Positions 10,279 through 18,715 of a DNA stretch of 64,000 nucleotides are shown here, piece by piece. The position numbers and the translations under genes are program-made. Origin of the DNA: an uncultured Gemmatimonadales bacterium (GTDB taxonomy: Bacteria > Gemmatimonadota > Gemmatimonadetes > Longimicrobiales > RSA9). The DNA lies in NCBI GenBank assembly GCA_963798085.1, contig CAWCRS010000003.1:256001-320000 (forward strand). The letters run 5' to 3'. Below the pieces are notes generated by a model, which was not told the origin of the DNA, ran no database searches, and saw nothing but the letters and a program-made list of their open reading frames with translations. How positions within the stretch are numbered: position 1 is the stretch's first letter; every line of letters starts with the position of its first letter.

Positions 10279-12534
10279 TTGCGTGACGGCCTACTCCCCG
10301 TAGTCGTCAGGCGTGGTATGGCAAGGAACCTCCGGAGCGATGTCGCTTGGGCGGTCAGTCCTTCTGATCGCCTGGTTTCGTTGTACGCTCACCTTTCCAG
10401 TCCAGCCGCGCGCCGCATCACGCCTGTCCTGATTGTCGGGTTCATTACAGTGGTGGCCTGGGCCCTGACGCTCGCGCTGCTCGGATCGGTTCGCTCCATC
10501 AGCGGCCTTTTTGCGTTGTCCCTGCCGGCGCATGCCTGGTGGGTTCCCCAACACGCTGTTTTGCTCTATCTGGCTCTCCCCATCTGGACAGTCGCGGCCT
10601 GCGCAGTCGTGCTGGCCCCGGGACTGCTCGCAACGCTCGCATTGGGCGGGGCGGATTCACTCGGCGAATTCCTGGTGCGCGCGTTTCTGCTCACGTTTGC
10701 ACTGCGACTGCCGGTGCATATGTCGCTCATCGCAGCGGGCGGCTCCTGGACGCCAGTCCGTTTCCTCTTGTGCGATGCGGGGCTTGATCTCGTTGTCTGG
10801 AGTCTGCTGTTCGTGCGGCTTCACGCGGGACGCGGTTTCCGCCTGCCGCCGCCGGGAAGCGAGCTGATGCGGCGCATTGGCTGGCTGCTGCTGATCCCGG
10901 CGCTCGCTGTGCTGCTCCTGTTTCCGGTCATCTTCTGGCAGGACATGACGGGCGACGGTGCCGAGGTGCTCGAGCTGGGGCGCAGTCTTTCGGCAAACGC
11001 GGTACCGCAGTTTCTCAGTCACATGCCGTTCGGCGGCCTGGCCATGGGCATGTTGAGCGCTGCCTGGCCCGTGCAATGGTTCGAAGTCTTGCTGGGCCCG
11101 GTCGATGCCGCCGCGCGCCTGCCCGCTGTGCTCTACCTGCCGGTGCTGTTTGCCGCATTGCTCGAGCTGGCCGAGTTCGGCCTGGCGCGCCGGCTGGGCG
11201 CTAACGGCGAGTTTGCCCTGCTCGCGGGTCTGGCGGGGGCAGTCACCGCTCTCGCGTTTCAGGCCTCCTACGACTCCTATACTGCCGATCTGGCGATGCC
11301 CGGCAGCACAGACCTGCTCCTTGTGCTGTGCCTGGCGGCCACCACCCTGTTTCTCTGGCGAAAGTCCTGGTTGTGGCTGGCAGGCTACGCGCTGCTGGGC
11401 TACTTCGATCGTCCCACGGAACTGCTTTTCGTGCTGCTGCTTTTCGGCGCAAACCTGCTCGTGCCCTCGGCCGACCGTCGGTCCTTTGCGCTGCTGCTGA
11501 TCGTGGCGCTCCTGGCGTGCACCGTAGGTCGGTTTCTGTACGAGAATGTCTATGTCGGCTGGGTTACCGGCGGGCTGGCCCCGGTGAACAGCAGCGCCAA
11601 CGCACTGCGGCGGTTGCGCTACCTCAGACTGACGGACGTGCAGCGCGTGCTTTTTCTGCTGGTGCCTTCGGGCTTTCTGCCGGCCCTTTCGCTCTTCGGT
11701 TGGAAGCTCCAGGACAGTCGCGCGCGTCTGCTCGCCCTCGCCTGCCTGCTCTGCTTCGCAGTGTTCTACTGCGAGGCGTTCACCAACCTGCACCACTACG
11801 CGCCGGCCATGATTCTGCCGCTTGCTGTATTCTGGCGGGTGATGTTGTTGTTGCAACCGGAGGGCGGGGAGCGGCAGGGGCAGCCCGCTTTCTGGCGCAG
11901 CCGCTGGCTGCCGCGCCTGGCGACGGCGGGCGCAGTCATCGCCGTGGCGCTGGGACTGCCTCGCCATTTCCAGATCCTGCGCGCGGCGCGCGACATTGGC
12001 TCGCGCACGCTTTACGCGGTAGGCGATTACAACGGGTCGTACGGCCCATTCAGGCAGGCCATCGATGGGCGCAGGGCCCTGTTGCTTCTCTTCCCGGCAA
12101 GCGATTCGATTCCGCCCGATCAGAGGCTCGTGCTCGTTGCCATTCAGATCCTGCACTACTCGGCCCGATTCCGCCCGTCTTTGCAGCATGCGGACTACGT
12201 GGTGCAGCCAGCCGGGCTGGATCCGCCGGCAGGCTTCGCGCAACTCGGCGTACGCGACAATGTGGCGGCCTTTGTCAGGGATTCGATTGTCTGGCAGCGG
12301 GACCAGCGCCGCGCGCCGCGTACCGACTACCGCAGTTCCGTGTATGCGATTCCGCCCGAACGCATGTTCGGCTTTCTGGGCCTGCGTCGGAAGGACTACA
12401 TAGACCTGGCGCGGATTCCCGGTTTGTGGCGCGTGTTTGCCGCGGGTCCGGCCGCAACAGAGGGAGATTTCGCTTCAGTCCGGCCACTCCCCTGCGGTAA
12501 CGCGGGCGCATCGGTCCCGGCCGGTGGGCCATGA
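10279..12534 (+). CDS. Large polytopic membrane protein, possible GT-C-like glycosyltransferase
   Basis: 751-aa ORF with many hydrophobic segments and an acidic loop motif WQDMTGDGAE. Stop overlaps the UbiA start. Confidence 0.6.
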   Translation: MRDGLLPVVVRRGMARNLRSDVAWAVSPSDRLVSLYAHLSSPAARRITPVLIVGFITVVAWALTLALLGSVRSISGLFALSLPAHAWWVPQHAVLLYLALPIWTVAACAVVLAPGLLATLALGGADSLGEFLVRAFLLTFALRLPVHMSLIAAGGSWTPVRFLLCDAGLDLVVWSLLFVRLHAGRGFRLPPPGSELMRRIGWLLLIPALAVLLLFPVIFWQDMTGDGAEVLELGRSLSANAVPQFLSHMPFGGLAMGMLSAAWPVQWFEVLLGPVDAAARLPAVLYLPVLFAALLELAEFGLARRLGANGEFALLAGLAGAVTALAFQASYDSYTADLAMPGSTDLLLVLCLAATTLFLWRKSWLWLAGYALLGYFDRPTELLFVLLLFGANLLVPSADRRSFALLLIVALLACTVGRFLYENVYVGWVTGGLAPVNSSANALRRLRYLRLTDVQRVLFLLVPSGFLPALSLFGWKLQDSRARLLALACLLCFAVFYCEAFTNLHHYAPAMILPLAVFWRVMLLLQPEGGERQGQPAFWRSRWLPRLATAGAVIAVALGLPRHFQILRAARDIGSRTLYAVGDYNGSYGPFRQAIDGRRALLLLFPASDSIPPDQRLVLVAIQILHYSARFRPSLQHADYVVQPAGLDPPAGFAQLGVRDNVAAFVRDSIVWQRDQRRAPRTDYRSSVYAIPPERMFGFLGLRRKDYIDLARIPGLWRVFAAGPAATEGDFASVRPLPCGNAGASVPAGGP

Positions 12535-13520
12535 GCCGGAAGCTGACGCGGAGCCGGCGCACACTGAACCGCTGGCAGAGCCCCGGCTTTCCGACACCCG
12601 ACGCTTCGCCTCAGGCCGGCCGTCCAGCAGCACAGCGCGCCGCGAGGGCGGGCGCCTGGATTCGGTTGCTGCGCCCCGCGCACTGGCTGAAGAACGGCTT
12701 CGTTCTTGTCCCCCTGGTTTTCTCGAGGCTGCTGACCTCAGAGCCGCAGCTGCTGACCGCGCTCGCGACATTCTGCCTGTTCAGCGTCACCGCGAGCGGC
12801 GTATACGCGTGGAACGACGTGCTCGACCTGCAGTCCGACCGTGCGCATCCGCGCAAGCGGCTGCGCCCGGTAGCCGCCGGCCTGATTGCTCCCAAACACG
12901 CCGTTATGGTTGCCGCCCTGTTGACCGGCACCGGCCTTCTGGGTGCCTTCATGCTCAATGCGGACCTCGCTGGCGTACTGCTGGCGTATGTCCTGCTGAA
13001 TCTTCTTTATAACTACTATTTCAAGCGGAAGGTGCTGCTCGACATCTTCTGCATTGCCAGTTTTTTCGTCCTCCGCCTCCTCGCTGGCGCTGCTGCCCTC
13101 GACGTTCAGCCGTCCATCTGGCTCTTGCTGTGCGGCGGACTGCTGGCCTTGTACATGGCTACGTCGAAACGGCGCCAGGAGCTGATCCTCCTGGCGGAGC
13201 AGTCCGCTGCCCACAGGTCCGTGCTGAGCCTGTATGATCCCGGACTGCTCGATCTGATGTCAATGGTGCTGCTCTCGGTGGTGATCGTGGCCTACGTCAT
13301 GTACACGCTGGACTCCGAAACTGCCATGGAAGTCGGTCGCAATCGCCTGGCCTACAGTTCCGTATTCGTGCTCTACGGCGTTTTCCGCTACCTCTACGCC
13401 ACGCGCAAGAGCGAGCACGGAGGCGACCCTACCGAGACCGTCATCAGCGACGGACCGCTCATGCTCGCGGTGATCCTCTGGTTCCTCTATTGCACCTGGG
13501 CTGTGTACGGACCTCGCTGA
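12531..13520 (+). CDS. UbiA-family polyprenyl-phosphate phosphoribosyltransferase (DPPR synthase-like)
   Basis: LRPAHWLKN, YAWNDVLDLQSDRAHPRKRLRPVAAG, KRRQEL, YGVFRYLY, GDPTE. Confidence 0.88.
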   Translation: MSRKLTRSRRTLNRWQSPGFPTPDASPQAGRPAAQRAARAGAWIRLLRPAHWLKNGFVLVPLVFSRLLTSEPQLLTALATFCLFSVTASGVYAWNDVLDLQSDRAHPRKRLRPVAAGLIAPKHAVMVAALLTGTGLLGAFMLNADLAGVLLAYVLLNLLYNYYFKRKVLLDIFCIASFFVLRLLAGAAALDVQPSIWLLLCGGLLALYMATSKRRQELILLAEQSAAHRSVLSLYDPGLLDLMSMVLLSVVIVAYVMYTLDSETAMEVGRNRLAYSSVFVLYGVFRYLYATRKSEHGGDPTETVISDGPLMLAVILWFLYCTWAVYGPR

Positions 13521-13537
13521 CCGGCCACCCTTTCGGC

Positions 13538-13972
13538 TCACTTCACCGGCGTTCCTTTCGCCGTGCGCCAGACGGGCGCATCGGCATCACGCTTGAGGCG
13601 CATCACGCCGTTCAGCTCTCCGGCGGCCGGCGTCAGCTCGAATTCGATGGTCAGCGTGACGGTCGACTCCTCGCCGTTCACGTTCACGTGACCCTCCCGC
13701 TTGCCGCTCATCATGAGCTTGCCACCGCTCATCATTCCCTGCAGTACCAGTGGCGGTGAGCCATTGCCCAATGAAAAGCTCGCCGTGGCGGAGTCGCCCT
13801 TCATGGTGATGTCCAGCACGCCGTGGTCAGGACTCTGGATCTGGATGTTGCCACCAGCGTCGCTCTGCCATTCGCCCAGCTGCATGTTCCACTTGCCCGC
13901 TGCCTTCGATTGGGCGCCTGCGGGCGAGGCCAGGGCAAGGGCGAGCATCGCCAGCATTACCGGGTTGCGCAT
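13538..13972 (-). CDS. Secreted beta-rich hypothetical protein
   Basis: Signal peptide MRNPVMLAMLALALASPAGA followed by AAGKWNM. Confidence 0.7.
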   Translation of the reverse strand: MRNPVMLAMLALALASPAGAQSKAAGKWNMQLGEWQSDAGGNIQIQSPDHGVLDITMKGDSATASFSLGNGSPPLVLQGMMSGGKLMMSGKREGHVNVNGEESTVTLTIEFELTPAAGELNGVMRLKRDADAPVWRTAKGTPVK

Positions 13973-14095
13973 TCGATCCTCAATGTTGGTGTTTTCAAAT
14001 GTGTCGGCCAATGCGCCGATCGGCCGCAGCGCGCAGCGGCAGCGATTGGCTACAGTTGTAAGATCCGGCCGCGTACGGCAGGGTTGTCCGGCGCC

Positions 14096-15310
14096 TCAGA
14101 GCAGGTCCAGCCGGCGGCGCAGCCAGGTTTCGAGGTCGGCGCTGGCCGCAATGGGATGACCGTTCTCGCGATACTCGAAGCGCAGCGCGCCGTCCGGCCC
14201 GCGCGTGACCGCAGCGCTGCGCGTCCGGTTGCCGGCAGTCTCCTGCACCTCAATGAGGGGCCCCGGGCTCGCGGCTTCCGTGCGCGATCGGCTCACGACT
14301 GCACGTGTGACGGGGTTTGCCCGCCGGTGCGAGGCGTGCGGTGCTGCCGCGAGGGCGGCGCTCAGCAGGACGAGCGGAAGGGCCAGCCGGAAATCGCGCT
14401 GCAATGGTTGGGTCGTTCCAGGATCGAGAATGCGCTCAACACGATCCGCGAACCGGGAATGCGAGCCGAGTGCGCGTACGGAATCCGGCTGGGCGGGCGC
14501 GACGCGGCGCGCGCACGTGAGCAGCGCAGTCGCGAGCGCGCGTGGATCGCCCGTGTCATGGACCGCTCGCTGATCCGCGCGGAATTCCGCCAGCGCGCTG
14601 ATCTGCCGGTGCGCGCTGCGAAGCAGCGGCTGATAGAAGAAGAACGCCGCCATTGCGCCGGTGAATCGTGTCCACGACAGATCGCGCTGCTGCACGTGGG
14701 CCAGCTCGTGCGCCAGTACCGCGGCGAACGCCTCGCCCGTCCACCGGGCGTCCGCACATTCGGGAAGGCAGATCTCGCTGCGTCCGACCACGGCGGGAAC
14801 CAGCAATCCGGGCGCGGTCGTGATACGCAGCCCGCTCTGCCGATGCTGTGGATGCAACGCGGGCGCGCGCGGCCAGGCCGGAGGGTCGAGCGGCCTGCGC
14901 GGGCCGAGCGCCTCAAGCTCTCGGCGCCACACCAGCAGCACGCGCAGCAGATTCAGCAGGCCGGCGGCGAGCGCAATGCCGGCAGCCAGCGCGAGACTCC
15001 GGGAAGGTCCCGTTTGCAGGCGAGTCATATCCCCGCTCACGCGCGTGTGCGTCGGCGGCATGCGCACACCCAGCTGATCCAGCGCTGTCGCATCGCGGAC
15101 CTTTACAACCAGCTGCTCGACGCGCTGCTGCGGGCGAGGCAATGTCAGGACGCGCGTGAGCGGGAAGACCAGGCTCACGATGACCGCGCCTTTGAAGAGC
15201 GCGTCGCGTGCGCGCAGCCCGCGCAGTTGGCTGCACAGCAGCCACGCGCTTCCCGGCGCGAGCGTGCTGACGACCATGAAATCGCGCAGGAAACCGACGA
15301 GCAGGCTCAT
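14096..15310 (-). CDS. BlaR1/MecR1-like M56 metallopeptidase
   Basis: VLAHELAHV zinc motif, FFYQPL, EFRADQ.AV and RVERIL. Coupled to BlaI. Confidence 0.88.
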   Translation of the reverse strand: MSLLVGFLRDFMVVSTLAPGSAWLLCSQLRGLRARDALFKGAVIVSLVFPLTRVLTLPRPQQRVEQLVVKVRDATALDQLGVRMPPTHTRVSGDMTRLQTGPSRSLALAAGIALAAGLLNLLRVLLVWRRELEALGPRRPLDPPAWPRAPALHPQHRQSGLRITTAPGLLVPAVVGRSEICLPECADARWTGEAFAAVLAHELAHVQQRDLSWTRFTGAMAAFFFYQPLLRSAHRQISALAEFRADQRAVHDTGDPRALATALLTCARRVAPAQPDSVRALGSHSRFADRVERILDPGTTQPLQRDFRLALPLVLLSAALAAAPHASHRRANPVTRAVVSRSRTEAASPGPLIEVQETAGNRTRSAAVTRGPDGALRFEYRENGHPIAASADLETWLRRRLDLL

Positions 15311-15705
15311 GCGCCCTGCTGCTTCGCGTCGAACTGCGCCAGCATCGCTTCCACCCGTTCGATATCTCCGGGCGACACGTCTTTTTCCTCGAGTGCGTAG
15401 CGGATCAGCGGTTCGGTATCGCCATTCAGCACGAAGTCGACCATCGAGCGCAGCTTGGCGCGAGCCACCTGCTCGCGGGTGATGAGCGCGCTGTAGACGA
15501 ACTCGCGCCCATCAGTGGTGTGCGCGACGAGTCGCTGCTCTTCCATGCGCGCGAGCAGCGTGGCAATGGTCTTGCGCGCCAGGCGAGCCCGGCGTAATGC
15601 GAGGTGCACATCCGCCACGGTCGCGCGTCCCGCCTGCCAGATCACGTCCATGATCTGGAGCTGTCGCTCCGTCAGCTGTTCGAGTCGCTTCCGTTTCGTT
15701 GCCAT
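15307..15705 (-). CDS. BlaI/MecI/CopY family repressor
   Basis: LTERQLQIMDVIW..ATV..TIATLLARMEE..GREFVYSAL. Confidence 0.9.
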   Translation of the reverse strand: MATKRKRLEQLTERQLQIMDVIWQAGRATVADVHLALRRARLARKTIATLLARMEEQRLVAHTTDGREFVYSALITREQVARAKLRSMVDFVLNGDTEPLIRYALEEKDVSPGDIERVEAMLAQFDAKQQGA

Positions 15706-16229
15706 TCAGCCTCGTCGCCTGCCGCATGGGACGCTCCCTCGCCCGGTTCGGGTTGCCCGCGGCGCCACCGTGCCGGCGGGAAGCGCCTGTCTGTCAGGCA
15801 AGTGTCGCGACCGACCGCGTCCTGGTCCGCTGGCCACCGGTCGCCAGCTGCACGCGACCGGCTGGCGGTCGACTTCCGCTGCTTCCCTGCGCAGCCGCAC
15901 CGCAGCGCACGGTGGGCGCCGTGCGCTGCGTGGGCGATAACAACAATGTTAGCACGGTTCGCCATCGTTCCCACGGCCGCTGTCCGGGAGCCGCACGACG
16001 ACTTCGCCGCAGGCGCGCCGGGTCGGGGCGGATCCGCAACAATGCGTTGGCCACGAGGCTGGTGCAGCTCGCAGCGCGGCTATTGACCCGTCTCCCGTCC
16101 GAAAGCCACCTTCGGTCCAGCGAGTCAGGGCCTGACTCCTGCCAGGGACGCCGCTTCGCCCGGAGCACAGAGCGAGCCTCCCCCCGTCCGCGCGGTGCAA
16201 CACAGTCCTTCCAGTGACGAGGAGCCGCA

Positions 16230-17938
16230 ATGCCAAAGCCCATTGCACTCATTGGCGCCGAGTTCGAGGAGAACCTCTCCATCCGCTATCTGGCCGCCGC
16301 TCTGGCGCAGGACGGCTTCACGGCGGAGCTGGTTCCCTTTCACAATGCGGCGGAGACGGCAGCCATTGTGCGCCGCATTGCCGGGCTCGATCCTCTCGCG
16401 GTTGGCATTTCGGTGCCATTCCAGCTGCGTGCCCGCGAGTTCCTGAACCTGGCGCAGGCGCTGCGCGCGGCAGGTGTGCAGGCGCACATCGTCATCGGCG
16501 GCCATTTCGCCACGTTCGAGTACGACAACATCATGCGCGACTTCCCGGCCGTCGATTCCATTGTGCGGCACGAGGGCGAGCACACGCTGCGCGAATTGTG
16601 CTGCCGCCTGCGCGACGGCGAGTCGGTGGCTCGGCATCGCGGGACGCTCACGCGCTGGCCTGATGGCGTCGTCGGACGGGGGCACGCGCCGCCTGCCGGC
16701 CCCTCGATGCGCTTCCATTTCCCGACCGGCGGGGGGCCCGCACGACGGTGATGGGTGTGCCGGTCTCGCCCATCGTGGGCAGTCGCGGGTGCTACGCGGA
16801 CTGCGCGTTCTGCTGCATCTACGCCTATGCCGAGAACGCCGATGGCGCCCGCTACCGCCGCCGCTCGCCGGAGAACATTGCCTGGGAGATGCGGCAGCGA
16901 ATACAAGGAGCGAGGCATTCGCCTGTTCGTCTTCCACGACGACAACTTCTTCGTGCCGTCGGCGAAGCTGAACATCGACGCGCTACACTCGGCTGAAGCA
17001 GTTGCTGGACGGGTACGGCATGAACGACATCGCGCTGGTCATCAAGTGCCGGCCCAACAATGTGGATGCCGAGCTGTTCCGCCTGCTGAAGGGACATGGG
17101 GATGATCCGGGCCTACGTCGGCATCGAGACGAACTCCGACGAAGGCATCGTCTCACTCAACCGGCGCATCACGTCGCAGGACAACCAGCGCGCGCTCGCT
17201 GTGTTCTACGCGAGCTGGATGTCTACTACTCGTACAACGTGCTGATCTTCGACCCGGAAGCGACGCTCGAGGGCGTGGCGCGCAACCTGGACTTCATGCA
17301 GGAACTCAGCGACGTGCCTTTCAACTTCTGCCGCGCGGAGGTCTACGCGGGCACGCCGCTGCAAGCCACATCCTGGAGCAGCAGCGGCGGCTGGAGGGCG
17401 ACTGGTTCGCCTGGGGCTACCAGATGCGCGATGCCCAGGTGGAGGTGCTGTTCCGCATTGCCATCACCGCCTTCGGCAGCGCGCAACTTCAAGCACGACG
17501 GCGTGGCCAACCTCAACCTCGGCATCCGCTTCGACCACGAAGTCGCGCGTCACTTCTTTCCCGAGTCGCGCGATGACGGCCTGCACGCGCGCCTGGTGGA
17601 CCTCTCCGTGCGCATCGGACACGACTCCGTGGCGCTCATGCGGGAAGCGCTCGCGTTCGTGCAGCACGCGGACATCCTCGATTCGGCACTCGTGAAGGCG
17701 TACACGCTCGACCTTGCACGCCGCGTAGCGCGCGCCGACCTCGGGCTTCGTCGCCGAGTGCAGGGCGCTGCGCCGCGAGATGGAGCAGCGCGTCGTCACG
17801 CAAGCGGGCGATCGCCTGGAGCGCACGTTCGGCAGGGGCATGCCGCCCTGGGCTGCGGAATCGTTCCGGCTGGGCAGCTCGGTGGGCCTCGAGGTGTCGA
17901 CGGAAGCGCTGCCCGCGCCCAGCGCGTTCCCCGGCTGA
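16230..17938 (+). CDS. Cobalamin-binding radical SAM enzyme (class B methyltransferase-like), split by about 8 frameshifts
   Basis: B12 domain (ENLSIRYLAAAL..IGGHFAT..EGE), SRGCYADCAFC CxxxCxxC motif, FHDDNF, YVGIE, NFCRAEVYAGTPL. Reconstructed across frames to the TGA at 17936-17938. Confidence 0.85.
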
Positions 17939-17950
17939 GGAGAGCAGATC

Positions 17951-18673
17951 ATGGGAATCAAGGACCAGACCCGGCGCATTGCTGCAGGCGCCAGTGTGGC
18001 GCTCGCGACCAGCGGCCTCAGCAATTGCCGCGACAACGGCGCCGTCGACCCGCCGCCGCCACCGCTCCAGTGCGCTTCACTGAGTGCGGGCGAATCCCTG
18101 GCTGCGACTGGCACTCGCTCGGCAGACACGGTGACGGTCCGCGTGCTCAATTCAGCGGGCTCGGGCTGGCATGTGGAGCGCGTGACGGACGTGATCGGCG
18201 CCACGCTGCTCAGCACGCAGTCGCCGCGCCCGGGGAGCCGCGACACGCTCGGCGTGGTGCTGCATCTTGCCAGCCCCACAATTCCGCAGGTGCTGTTCAC
18301 GGTCGAGGCCACGCTCATCGGCTATAACGGCGAATCCTGCAGCACGCGCCGCACGTTCGAGGTCAACATCACCGGAACCGGCGTGCAGGTCAGCCTTGCC
18401 GATCGCGATCCGCTGCCGCTCGCCGCCCGCCAGCGCGCCGAGATCATCCTCGCGCGGCAGGAGGGTCGCACGGTCGATCTGCAGGCGAAGACGCCGTGGC
18501 AGGGAAGCAGCGACATCACGTGGACCGTGAGCGGCGGAACGGTGGATTCGCGTGCTGGTCGCGACGTGCGCTGGTCGCTCCCCGAAACGCCGGGCCTGTA
18601 CCAGGCCGAGCTGCTGATCGACTTCGGCGATGATGGCTTCGCCATCGACACGCTGCTGCTCGAGGTCGTCTGA
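17951..18673 (+). CDS. Putative lipoprotein with GAVDPPPPP motif and two beta-sandwich (Ig/PKD-like) domains
   Basis: SD GAGGAG, signal-like N-terminus ending LSNC, C-terminal ITWTVSGG..VRWSLP..PGLY. Confidence 0.75.
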   Translation: MGIKDQTRRIAAGASVALATSGLSNCRDNGAVDPPPPPLQCASLSAGESLAATGTRSADTVTVRVLNSAGSGWHVERVTDVIGATLLSTQSPRPGSRDTLGVVLHLASPTIPQVLFTVEATLIGYNGESCSTRRTFEVNITGTGVQVSLADRDPLPLAARQRAEIILARQEGRTVDLQAKTPWQGSSDITWTVSGGTVDSRAGRDVRWSLPETPGLYQAELLIDFGDDGFAIDTLLLEVV

Positions 18674-18715
18674 ACCGGCTGCGGCGGACGGCGAACGGTT
18701 CAGCCACCCGCGCAC

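Noticed and set aside
14096..15705. Beta-lactam resistance locus
   Set aside because: There is no beta-lactamase or PBP gene nearby and the M56 protein lacks a penicillin-binding domain.
15706..16229. Small RiPP precursor upstream of the radical SAM gene
   Set aside because: No short ORF with a credible SD and a leader/core pattern was seen.
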